Assembly (NCBI GenBank): GCA_965248755.1 | Contig: OZ252149.1 | Span: 4,320,001-4,384,000 of the forward strand | From: Candidatus Latescibacterota bacterium | GTDB taxonomy: Bacteria > Latescibacterota > CBDEFO01 | DNA: 64,000 bases | Direction: 5' to 3' | Shown here: positions 40,806 to 50,335 of the stretch, piece by piece | Position numbering within the stretch: position 1 is the first letter of the stretch | Layout of the letters: the number at the start of each line of letters is the position of its first letter | Program-made: the position numbers and the translations under genes | The notes under the pieces: generated by a model | What the model was told of the DNA's origin: nothing | Database searches by the model: none | Seen by the model: only the letters and a program-made list of their open reading frames with translations

Positions 40806-41852
40806 CTATCGCATCAGGACCATTTTTCTTGTCTTCGCAAAGTCCCACGAGTCCCACGCTGTGATCCTGTAGTAATAAACCCCGCTTGCGACCTCCTTCT
40901 TGTTGTCGTCCAGTCCATCCCAACCAGTATAATGGCTGCCCGCTTCCATATAGGAATTTACAAGAGTCCTTACCTTTTGCCCACCGGTGTTGTATATAGA
41001 TAAGGTTACCATTCCTGCAGATGGGAGATCATAATAGATAGTAGTCAGTGGATTGAAGGGATTTGGATAGTTTTGAAAGAGCCGGTGAACATCAGGCACA
41101 GCTGAGGCTCTATCACCTATAAGCTCTGTCTTTACGGGAATCAGTCCCTCGTTCAACTGGACTTTGCGCAGCCATATGTAAGCGGGGACAGGTAGTCCTG
41201 GAAGCAGGGATTTTACTTTGATAAAGGCAATTTCTCCCTTTCCCCTATATGGCTCAGACCCTGCAAAGGCTATCTTGAGCGTGCTTTCATCGACTTTGCT
41301 TGCAAACAATCCCACCCGGGTCAAATCCGACGGCAATGCGCCTGATATCTCAAGCTCTGTCGGATCAAAGGATATTTCGACATGTCCGGCTATTACCTTT
41401 TCCATATTGTCGATAAGTACAGGAACTTTGAACTCTCCGCTTTCAAGCTTCTGAGCATTACCCATACGCACTGTCCGAACTATAAATGATGACTGCAATC
41501 GGGGATCGTCCCCGACCGGAAGCGTTCTAATCTTTCCCTCTACAAATTGCAGTATCAGTGCGGCGTCGTACGAAGTTATCTGCTCCTGAACCGAACCGGA
41601 ATTCCCGCTTACATTTGAAACTTTGGGTGTTAATCCGGCGTAGTCCGTGCTGTCCTTTTGTCCCACCGCAAATTGGAGTATCAAGGAGGCATCAAACGCC
41701 GATATTTCCCCATTTCCACTTACGTCAAAGTTCGTCTCTGCGTCAGCATTGTCCAGAAAGGAAAAGGATAAGATGGCGAATAAGAAAACGATTCTTAACG
41801 ACCTTTCACATTTTACCATCGCACAGCCTTTCGCTCTCAAATGCCTCTTCAT
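40806..41852 (-). CDS. Secreted dockerin + cohesin + FlgD-Ig/T9SS-like C-terminal domain protein with no catalytic domain
   Basis: Signal peptide; DVSGNGEISAFDASLILQ and NVSGN...ITSYDAALILQ; VPVLID...ISFDP; FQNYPNPFNP...WDG...ASGVYYY...RKMVLMR. Confidence 0.8.
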   Translation of the reverse strand: MKRHLRAKGCAMVKCERSLRIVFLFAILSFSFLDNADAETNFDVSGNGEISAFDASLILQFAVGQKDSTDYAGLTPKVSNVSGNSGSVQEQITSYDAALILQFVEGKIRTLPVGDDPRLQSSFIVRTVRMGNAQKLESGEFKVPVLIDNMEKVIAGHVEISFDPTELEISGALPSDLTRVGLFASKVDESTLKIAFAGSEPYRGKGEIAFIKVKSLLPGLPVPAYIWLRKVQLNEGLIPVKTELIGDRASAVPDVHRLFQNYPNPFNPLTTIYYDLPSAGMVTLSIYNTGGQKVRTLVNSYMEAGSHYTGWDGLDDNKKEVASGVYYYRITAWDSWDFAKTRKMVLMR

Positions 41853-42441
41853 ACTTCTTGGGTGCAGATATTCAAAGGTTTAGACACATGTCTTCCCAGA
41901 TATAAACTAATCTACAAGTGGTTATATTAAATGTCAAGACAATTCGTGCCTGCCACTTGCACCTGCGATATGTAGAAAGACAAAGTAAGGTGGTGTAATT
42001 TGAAAGAGTAGATTCTCGACAAAGTTTGGAAGGAGTAGCGCGTCGGGAAGGCTCATGCTCACGAGCTTTTGTTCCGCCGTGCAGTCCGCTGATATATCAA
42101 TCCTCACAGTCGAGGTCATAGCCATACGACAAGCCTGCCCCGATGCCTTATGTTCGGACATACAACAGCATTTCTGAGCCCAGCATGGAAAAGGTGAGGA
42201 CCCATTCTTCTACAGTTGAAGATTAGCAGATGCTTCCGAAGTCGACAAGAAGACCACAGCGGACATAAACACTGTTTTCAAGGACAAACCCTTAACATCT
42301 GACACTATATGTGTGATCTTCAACGAACTTACCCCCTGCCTTTTTGAACAATCTCCCTGTAGAATAATACGAGATTTTCCAAAAATATGCAGGAGGAATC
42401 TTGATCTGTGCGCACAAAATAGGATGGTTTAGAAAGTGGGA

Positions 42442-42642
42442 TTAACCCACTGCGTCCACATTCAGCCCCAAGTCAGTAATACGAGCTGTTCTTGGAGGGA
42501 CTTGGCCTTCACTTACAAGTTTAAGGAGCATTTCTCCCTGAGATTGTACGGAGTCCTTGACCATATTGAGCCTGGCGGCCTCGAACTTTAACGCGGTCTT
42601 CAGTGTACTTAGAGTGTTTAACGTGTCTATTACATCATCCAT
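42442..42642 (-). CDS. Small protein, possibly YjfB-like
   Basis: Strong RBS (aggagg); Q-Q-LLKL...LGLNVD pattern. Confidence 0.45.
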   Translation of the reverse strand: MDDVIDTLNTLSTLKTALKFEAARLNMVKDSVQSQGEMLLKLVSEGQVPPRTARITDLGLNVDAVG

Positions 42643-42815
42643 GATCTGTAATCCTCCTATCTTTAAACGGGGCGCTCACGATGAAGAGAATGGTTGTCTC
42701 CGTATTTATTATCGGCGGATCAGAGGCGAACTTTAGATTATCGTCCAAGTCCGACTTCTATTCTTGACTTCATATCCATTTCTGTTTATCTTTCTAGAAA
42801 TTCTATATGGCTATA

Positions 42816-42930
42816 AGATTGCTTCGAGGTTCGGCACCACGCAATGACGTTGCTTGCCTTTGCCTTGGTCATAGCGACACCAGCCCCCGATTGAATCTAG
42901 CGGGGTCAATCGGTGGGAGCGAAGCAATCT
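42816..42930. repeat. Composite palindromic element (AGATTGCTTCG...CGAAGCAATCT) containing a CCCCGATTGAATCTA-GGGG copy at 42884-42905
   Basis: 11-bp inverted termini, internal GCAATGAC/GTCATAGC inversion; directly upstream of the selD RBS. Confidence 0.7.
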
Positions 42931-42967
42931 CATACTTCCTCGAGTTCTTAAATCAGGAGACACTTTT

Positions 42968-44035
42968 GTGTTGTCGAAGCGGAACAATTCCAGAGAAGAT
43001 ATAAAGAGATTGACAGAGACCGTCAAATGCGGTGGTTGAGCGTCTAAACTGAGCCCGGCGGAGCTGGAGCAAGTTATATCGCAACTGCCAACGATGGAGG
43101 ATGCGAATCTTTTGGTGGGGTTTAATACGGCAGATGACGCTGGGGTTTACAGGGTGGGAGACGACTTGGCGTTGATCCAGACAGTGGACTTCTTTACGCC
43201 AATAGTGGACGATCCTTTTCTCTTCGGTCAGATAGCCGCCGCCAACGCCCTCTCTGATGTCTACGCTATGGGAGGAAAACCAATAACAGCTCTGAATGTG
43301 ATCTGCTTCCCCAATACGACCTTCGACCTGGAGGTTCTCTCGGAGATTATGAAAGGCGGCATGTCCAAAGTAAGCGAAGCTGGCGCCGTTATCCTGGGGG
43401 GACACACTGTTCGAGATGAGGAGCTAAAATACGGTCTTTCGGTCACTGGTGTCGTCTCTCCCGATAAGGTAGTTACCAACGCCTCTGCACGACCGGACGA
43501 CAAGCTTATACTCACCAAACCCCTGGGCACAGGTCTCCTTGCTGACGCCCTCAAAGACGGCAAACTGACCCAAGACGATATATCCGAGGCTTGTCAAGTA
43601 ATGGCAACCCTGAACGCCTCTGCGTCCGATAGGATGGTCGAATTCGGAGCCACTTCCTGCACGGACATAACCGGATACGGTCTTTTGGGACACGCAGCGG
43701 AGATGGCGCAGGCAAGCGAAGTCGGAATGATACTCTACGCATCGAATATACCTTATTTTGATAAGGCATTACGGCTTGCCTCTGCTCCTCTTACCGGGGG
43801 CTCCCGTGATAACCAAAATTTCGCATCCAAGGTCGTAGACATAGACGCATCTGTCCCCCCGGCTATTATCAACCTTATGTTCAACGCCCAGACCTCCGGC
43901 GGACTCCTTATCTCCATATCCCCCGAGACAGCAGAAGACCTTGTGTCAGCACTTATAAAGGACAAAGTTCCCTCCGCCTCAATAATTGGTGAGGTAACAG
44001 ATGAAAAAAAGGTACGTATAACTGTCCTTCCCTAA
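42968..44035 (+). CDS. selD: Selenophosphate synthetase with in-frame UGA (selenocysteine) at 43037-43039
   Basis: AGGAG RBS, GTG at 42968; LTETVKCGG-U-ASKLSP continues in frame into DDAGVY, TVDFFTP, ANALSDVYAMGG, GGHT, TDITGYGL, QTSGGLL. Confidence 0.93.
43050..43071 (+). promoter_or_regulatory. Candidate bacterial SECIS hairpin
   Basis: gc-ccgg-cggag-ctgg-agc stem-loop starting about 11-14 nt after the UGA, G-containing loop. Confidence 0.6.
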
Positions 44036-44088
44036 AGTCAAACCGATACGAAAAGCTGTCCACTGCTCAATTTAAAGGGTCACTGCAA

Positions 44089-45009
44089 TTGATGACAATT
44101 GAAGAGATAATAGATCGGCTACCAAAGCTATCTGCTGTAATGAACGAGACATGGCTGCGCCGGAAATGTGATTGGGGTGAGAATGATAACTGGGATAAGA
44201 AAGAGGAGTTTATCAAACGGAATCTACCTTGGTTCGAGCAGATTGAGAGAGACCTAACTATTCTTGAGAAATATGTAGGCATCAAAAAACTAAAATCTTG
44301 CTATAGCAAAAAACTCCATAACCAGTCTGATACCCAGAAGTTTATTTTCGAAATCCACGGAGCTGCCCTGTTGGCGAAAACTGGTAGGTGTTTGGATCTA
44401 CATGTCCCCCGAGGAGATGAAAGTGGAAAGGACTTCGATGTGAAAGCAGAGATCCGAGGATATACTATTAATGCAGAGTCCAAGACTCGGAAAGACGAAT
44501 CTCTATTTAATCTGCCACCAAAGTTAGTCTTTGAGAGTAAGTCTCAGATAGCAGGTTTTGGTGACATCCTGGATATTCCTGAGTCGAAGGGAATTAAGGG
44601 AATTCAGGATAGACTATGTAAGGGTCTGAGCCAGCTTCCTGATCAAGGATACAATGTCATTATCTTCGGAAGTATAGAGGGGGAACATGATGTCTTAGAG
44701 GATGCGCTCTTTGGCTAGGTGTACGGGGCGCCCTGGCCTAACCGGAAGACTGGGAAGTCTACCTTTCCTCGTGACCCGGTAGGTGCATTCGGTGCTGGCT
44801 CGGTAGGATTCCAGTCTCTTAGTGGAGTCCTTTGGGTCGAATCGCGACAAGGGACTGGTGATAACTTCCTCAGGCGTGACTATGAGATCTACCGGAATCG
44901 TAATGCTCACCTACCTCTTCCTGCTGACGTTATTGAAGCCATCACAACTGTGATGAACTGCTCCTCCTTCTCCTGCTTGCTCCGACAGTGGAAACCTAGA
45001 CGTTATTGA
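44089..45009 (+). pseudogene. Hypothetical PD-(D/E)xK-like protein split by an in-frame TAG at 44716-44718
   Basis: Contiguous in-frame ORFs (DALFG*VYGAP); FEIHGAALL and KDFD-x10-AESK pattern. Confidence 0.5.
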
Positions 45010-45035
45010 AGCCATCAGAACTGTGATGAACTGCT
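44926..45035. repeat. 37-bp direct repeat x2 (one mismatch) separated by 36 bp
   Basis: gacgttattgaagccatca(c/g)aactgtgatgaactgct at 44926-44962 and 44999-45035. Confidence 0.9.
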
Positions 45036-45296
45036 GGGCTATCCCTGTGGAAGATCAGGATCTTTAAGTAGGAGATTTGCGCTCTGGAGTAGCCATGTCG
45101 CAAAGAGTTGAACCAGTTGAACCTCGCTAATGAGAGTAGTATTTTGTTGTGAGCTAAGATTTGCACAACTCCTATTGACATCCAATATTCTATAGCTGAC
45201 CTTTCTGGGTGGTTTTATCAACTTCCTATTACCCTTAATACAACTTCAGGAGGTCCTTTTGGAGAAGTGGGGAGGGGCGCAGGATACGAAAAGTTC

Positions 45297-45325
45297 TTGA
45301 CTTCTTAGAGCGACAAGAGTATATT
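45297..45325 (+). promoter_or_regulatory. Sigma70-type promoter of acs
   Basis: TTGACT-17 nt-TATATT. Confidence 0.55.
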
Positions 45326-45393
45326 TTTTCGTCGATTTTTGGTAGTGGTTGACATTAAACACTTACAGGTAAATGAAGAAGAAAGGTGACATT

Positions 45394-47427
45394 ATGAGCG
45401 AGGAGGAATCTTTAGAGGTTAGCGAAGCGGAAATAGCTGTTCACTGGCCGGAGGAGGCATATTTCCACCCGTCAGCGCAATTTATTGCACAGGCGAATAT
45501 GACTGATCCGGGTATTTATGAACGGTTTAGTTTGGAACATTTTCCTGAATGCTTTAAGGAATACGCCGATATGCTTACCTGGTATGAGTATTGGCATACC
45601 ACACTTGATACGAGCGATGCCCCTTGCTGGAAGTGGTTTGTCGGCGGAAGGATAAATGCGAGCTACAACTGCGTTGACAGACACCTGGAGAAGTATAAGA
45701 ATAAAGCCGCAATTATCTATGTACCGGAACCGGAAGAGGAACCTCACGTGGCCCTAACTTATCAGGAACTATATGTAAGGGTTAATGAGCTTGCTGCGCT
45801 TCTTCGAGACTTTACCGGACTTAAGGCTGGAGATCGCGTGACCCTTCATATGCCGATGGTTCCAGAACTCCCGATCACGATGCTGGCTTGTGCTAGACTC
45901 GGCGTAATTCACTCCGAGGTATATGGAGGATTTAGCGGCAGGGCGTGCGGCGAAAGGATTTGGGACTCTGGAAGTCGTGTCTTGATAACCATTGATGGGT
46001 ACTACCGATCCGGTGATCTCATCGATCACAAAGAGAAGTCTGACACTGCCCTTGGGGTAGCCGAAGAAAAGGGCCAAGCCGTCGATAAAGTCCTGGTTTG
46101 GAGACGTCATCCCGGTAAATATGTCTCAAAGACGCCTATGTTAGAAGGTCGCGATTACTTTATGGACGATGTGCTTTCCGAGTATGCCGGTAGGAGAGTC
46201 GATCCAGTTCCTATGCTCGCTGAAGACCCTCTCTTCATAATGTATACTAGTGGGACAACTGGAAGCCCTAAGGGCTGTCAGCACAGTACAGGTGGCTATT
46301 TAGCCTATGTTACAGGTACGTCAAAATATATCCAGGACATTCATCCGAAGGATGTTTACTGGTGCATGGCGGATATAGGGTGGATCACGGGTCATTCATA
46401 TATTGTTTATGGTCCGCTGTCCCTGGCTGCAACGAGCGTTATGTATGAAGGTGTACCTACTTACCCGGATGCCGGGCGCGCCTGGAGAATCGCCGAGCAG
46501 CTTGATGTAAATATATTCCACACTGCTCCGACCACGATACGGATGTTAAGAAAAGCCGGCCCTGATGAACCCAGGAAGTATAATTACCAGTTCAAGCATA
46601 TGACGACAGTAGGAGAACCCATAGAACCAGAGGTGTGGAAGTGGTATTACGAAGTCGTCGGCAAATGCCAAGCGGTCATTGTTGACACATGGTGGCAGAC
46701 GGAAAATGGAGGATTTCTCTGCAGTACCCTACCGGCTCTTAGACCGATGAAGCCCGGAAGCGCAGGCCCCGGTATGCCGGGTATCCATCCGGTAATCTAC
46801 GATGAGGATGGGAATGAAGTTGAACGGGGAACCGGTAAAGCGGGGAATATATGCATCAGGAACCCGTGGCCAGGGGCATTCCAGACGGTATGGGGAGATA
46901 GAGAGCGGTACGTCTTGCAATATTACCAAAAGTATTGCAAAGATAAGGATAGTAATGACTGGCGTGACTGGCCTTATTTTGCAGGTGATGCCGCCGTGCA
47001 CGCTGAGGATGGATACTATCGAATTCTGGGCAGAATTGACGATGTCATCAATGTTGCCGGTCACCGACTCGGCACTAAGGAGTTAGAATCCGCTTGTCTT
47101 GTTGTCGAGGAAGTGGCAGAGGCATCGGTTGTCCCCCTGGCTGATGAGTTGAAGGGTCGGGTACCTGATATCTATGTGTCTCTTAAGTCCGGTTACGAGC
47201 CCGACACAGGAATAGAAGATAAAGTTACAAAATCTATCGAGGCAGCAATTGGTAAAATAGCCAGACCCAAGCACGTTTACATCGTACCCGATATGCCTAA
47301 GACTCGTTCTGGCAAGATTATGCGCCGTGTCCTGGCGTCTATCTCTAATAGGACAGACATTGGTGATGTAACTACATTAGCTAACCCGGAAATTGTCGAA
47401 GAAATTAGAGAAATGGTTCAAGGGTAA
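45394..47427 (+). CDS. acs: Acetyl-CoA synthetase (AMP-forming)
   Basis: YTSGTTGSPKG, ADIGWITGHSY, DTWWQTE, GHRLGT, PKTRSGKIMRR; alternative start 45373. Confidence 0.95.
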   Translation: MSEEESLEVSEAEIAVHWPEEAYFHPSAQFIAQANMTDPGIYERFSLEHFPECFKEYADMLTWYEYWHTTLDTSDAPCWKWFVGGRINASYNCVDRHLEKYKNKAAIIYVPEPEEEPHVALTYQELYVRVNELAALLRDFTGLKAGDRVTLHMPMVPELPITMLACARLGVIHSEVYGGFSGRACGERIWDSGSRVLITIDGYYRSGDLIDHKEKSDTALGVAEEKGQAVDKVLVWRRHPGKYVSKTPMLEGRDYFMDDVLSEYAGRRVDPVPMLAEDPLFIMYTSGTTGSPKGCQHSTGGYLAYVTGTSKYIQDIHPKDVYWCMADIGWITGHSYIVYGPLSLAATSVMYEGVPTYPDAGRAWRIAEQLDVNIFHTAPTTIRMLRKAGPDEPRKYNYQFKHMTTVGEPIEPEVWKWYYEVVGKCQAVIVDTWWQTENGGFLCSTLPALRPMKPGSAGPGMPGIHPVIYDEDGNEVERGTGKAGNICIRNPWPGAFQTVWGDRERYVLQYYQKYCKDKDSNDWRDWPYFAGDAAVHAEDGYYRILGRIDDVINVAGHRLGTKELESACLVVEEVAEASVVPLADELKGRVPDIYVSLKSGYEPDTGIEDKVTKSIEAAIGKIARPKHVYIVPDMPKTRSGKIMRRVLASISNRTDIGDVTTLANPEIVEEIREMVQG

Positions 47428-47517
47428 CTTGTCTGCGAAGAGTCGAGTGGCCAGACAGTTTATGTCATTGCTCATCGAAAGGATAACCTTATCAGGTAAA
47501 TACAAAAGAGAACTCAA

Positions 47518-48930
47518 GTGATCCTTTTGAAAGATCGAATAAGGCACATTCACCTTGTGGGCATCTGCGGCACGGCTATGGGAGCCTTAGCCGGGATGCT
47601 CAAATCAGGTGGATATAGAGTCACCGGCTCAGATAGCGTCGTCTATGAGCCTATGAGCACTTTTTTGAGAGCCCTCGAAATCCAGGTTTTTGAGGGCTTT
47701 TGCTCTTCTAACTTGAATCCACCGCCCGATTTAGTCGTCATAGGCAATGTAGTCTCCAGAGGAAACAGGGAGGTCGAAGAGGTTTTAAACAGAAAGATAA
47801 GATACGCCTCTATGCCCGAGGTCATTAAGGACTTCTTCATCAGGGGTAAGCGATCCTTTGTAGTAACCGGGACACATGGAAAGACCACTACGACCTCCCT
47901 TTTGGCCTGGGTCATCGAAAGTTCAGGAAGAGACTCCAGCTTTATGGTCGGCGGTATCCCCTTAAACTTCAACGCCGGATACAAGTTAGGACAAGGAGAG
48001 GACTTCATCATCGAAGGCGACGAATACGACACAGCCTTCTTCGACAAGGGACCCAAATTTCTCCACTATCTTCCCGATGTAGTCATAATCAACGGCATCG
48101 AATTCGACCACGCCGATATATACAGGGATCTCGATCAGATCAAAACTTCCTTCCGACGTCTGATCAACATAATACCCTCAGATGGTCTCCTTGTAGCATC
48201 TGAGGACGATGGGAACGTCTCCCAACTCATTCCCAATGCCTTTTGCCAAGTTAGGACCTTCGGTTTCTCCAAAAATGCCGATTGGAGAGCTGAAAATATG
48301 GACTTTAAGCCTCGTGGCGTATCGTTCGATGTCAGTGGATACGGCAATTTCTTCATACCTCTTATCGGGGAGCACAACGTAAGAAACACACTTGCTGTCA
48401 TTGCTACAGCCGACTTTATAGGACTTTCCCGGGAGCAGATCAAAAGAGGCCTGAGCACTTTCAAAGGTGTAAAGAGACGCCTTGAGATAAGGGGAATTGT
48501 AGATGGGATAACTGTAATAGACGATTTTGCCCATCATCCCACGTCGGTCAAAGAGACTTTGAAAGGGCTCAGAAAATCCAATCCCAAAGTTAGAATATGG
48601 GCACTTTTCGAGCCTGCAAGTGCCACGAACGCAAGGTGCGTATTGGAAGAACGATATAATGAGGCGTTCGACTGTGCTGATAAGATTGTTCTGGCCAAAG
48701 TCCCAAAGCCAGAAAGGGCCGGAGAAGATGAGAAGATGTCTATACAAAGGGTAACAGAAGCCTTGAAAAAAAACGGCAAAGACGCCCTCTATATACCGGA
48801 AGTAGATGATATAGTAGAACATCTTAAAGAGAAGCTGATGGAAGGAGATATTGTGCTTGTAATGACTAACGGGAGCTTCGGTGGAATACACGACAAGATC
48901 CTTAACGTTCTTAAGAGTGTAAAACAATGA
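47518..48930 (+). CDS. mpl: UDP-MurNAc:L-Ala-gamma-D-Glu-meso-DAP ligase
   Basis: GICGTAMG, GTHGKTTT, EGDEYDTAFFDK, DDFAHHPT, NGSFGGIH. Confidence 0.92.
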   Translation: MILLKDRIRHIHLVGICGTAMGALAGMLKSGGYRVTGSDSVVYEPMSTFLRALEIQVFEGFCSSNLNPPPDLVVIGNVVSRGNREVEEVLNRKIRYASMPEVIKDFFIRGKRSFVVTGTHGKTTTTSLLAWVIESSGRDSSFMVGGIPLNFNAGYKLGQGEDFIIEGDEYDTAFFDKGPKFLHYLPDVVIINGIEFDHADIYRDLDQIKTSFRRLINIIPSDGLLVASEDDGNVSQLIPNAFCQVRTFGFSKNADWRAENMDFKPRGVSFDVSGYGNFFIPLIGEHNVRNTLAVIATADFIGLSREQIKRGLSTFKGVKRRLEIRGIVDGITVIDDFAHHPTSVKETLKGLRKSNPKVRIWALFEPASATNARCVLEERYNEAFDCADKIVLAKVPKPERAGEDEKMSIQRVTEALKKNGKDALYIPEVDDIVEHLKEKLMEGDIVLVMTNGSFGGIHDKILNVLKSVKQ

Positions 48931-49853
48931 TACTCAAGCCGCCGCCGCTAGAACCTGAAGATACGATAGGCATCGTCTCCCCTTCGGGAAGAGTGAAAGG
49001 GAAGGATCTCGAAGGCGGGATAGAGTATCTGCAAAAAAGAGGATATAATGTCAAGGTAGGGAAGAGCGCCTACGGGTGGAAGGGGTACTTGGCCGGAGGC
49101 GATGACCAAAGGGCGCAGGATATAAACGATATGTTCTGCGACCCCGAAATTAAAGCTATATTCGCATCCAGGGGTGGGTACGGATCTACCCGAATATTGG
49201 ACAAGATAGACTACGAGCTTATAAGGAGAAATCCCAAGATATTCGTGGGATTTTCAGATACCACAGCCCTTCAGTTGTCTATACTCAAACAGGCAGGGCT
49301 TGTTACCTTTTCAGGAGTTCTCGCAGCTGTGGATATGAAGGATGCAAAGATGGATCGGCTTACTGAAAAGACGTTGTGGGAACTGCTTACGAAAGGAAGG
49401 ATAGATGATATAGAAGGACTGGAAGTTATAAGAGGGGGATGTGCGAAAGGGAAACTTTTGGGCGGTTGTCTTTCAATTATATGTTCCCTTCTGGGGACCG
49501 CCTACCAGCCCGATTTAATGGGGGCCATCCTCTTTCTTGAAGACGTAGACGAAGCGCCCTACCGCATAGATAGGATGTTAACGCAACTCAGTCTGTCCGG
49601 CCTTCTGCAACAAGTTAGCGGGATCATCTTAGGGCAATTTAAAGACTGCTTCGATAGAGATGAATCCTCCGAGGTTGAAGAACTTTCCTTAAAGGACATG
49701 GTAGATGACCTAATGTGCGACCTGAACATCCCCATCCTATCCGATCTTCCCTACGGGCATTTTGCAAGTAGGGTCGTTCTTCCCATGGGCGTAAATGCTA
49801 GGATAGACGGAAATACAGGTAAGTTGGCAATGACTGAGAAAGCAGTAGATTAG
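48927..49853 (+). CDS. ldcA: LD-carboxypeptidase (S66)
   Basis: RGGYG, GFSDTT, LFLEDV-E-PYRIDRML, YGH. Confidence 0.92.
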   Translation: MILKPPPLEPEDTIGIVSPSGRVKGKDLEGGIEYLQKRGYNVKVGKSAYGWKGYLAGGDDQRAQDINDMFCDPEIKAIFASRGGYGSTRILDKIDYELIRRNPKIFVGFSDTTALQLSILKQAGLVTFSGVLAAVDMKDAKMDRLTEKTLWELLTKGRIDDIEGLEVIRGGCAKGKLLGGCLSIICSLLGTAYQPDLMGAILFLEDVDEAPYRIDRMLTQLSLSGLLQQVSGIILGQFKDCFDRDESSEVEELSLKDMVDDLMCDLNIPILSDLPYGHFASRVVLPMGVNARIDGNTGKLAMTEKAVD

Positions 49854-50016
49854 GCAATTTAAAGGAATCACTGCCGAGTTGTGTGCAGTAATTTCAACTG
49901 AGGCAGAACCAGTTCTTTTAAGAGGACATTTGGTCAGAAATCAGCGAAATATCCTGAATGCAGGTGCTCTGTTGTGCAGATGTTTACATAAAAAATTATA
50001 GGAGCTGATAAAATAC

Positions 50017-50045
50017 TTGACAAAGGCCCCTTGATTAACTATATT
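50017..50045 (+). promoter_or_regulatory. Near-consensus sigma70 promoter with no downstream + strand CDS
   Basis: TTGACA-17 nt-TATATT with an AT-rich upstream region. Confidence 0.65.
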
Positions 50046-50050
50046 CGTAT

Positions 50051-50169
50051 AGAATAACGGTGTGAGACTAACTCCTGCGCCATAGTCCACCTTAGGTGCA
50101 AGTGTCTCATCTCCATTATTCAACAACACTGGTAGCGTGCTGGTTTAGGCTGGCACGCTATTTTATTTG
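50051..50169 (+). ncRNA. Candidate small structured RNA
   Basis: Nested helices gaataa/ttattc, tgagac/gtctca, tgcgcc/ggtgca between a promoter and a terminator. Confidence 0.5.
50133..50169 (+). terminator. Intrinsic terminator
   Basis: tagcgtgctgg...ctggcacgcta followed by ttttattt. Confidence 0.75.
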
Positions 50170-50335
50170 ATTGCAGTTTAAATGGCCGTTCGCGACAACT
50201 CTGAACATCATTTGTAGTGTCTATTCTGTTTCCCTTATCTCTACCCAGGTGTATTCGTCGTACATATATTTCAGTGGTTTTGCCATATCTTCACTTATGT
50301 GAATCTTAGGGGCTTTCTTTGCGGAAAAGCTATTT

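Noticed and set aside
44926..45035. Mini CRISPR array
   Set aside because: Only two repeats, not palindromic, first copy is in-frame coding sequence, no leader or cas genes in the window
49941..50129. 62-aa minus-strand ORF as a toxin or leader peptide
   Set aside because: No RBS or recognisable features; overlaps the + strand promoter and hairpin
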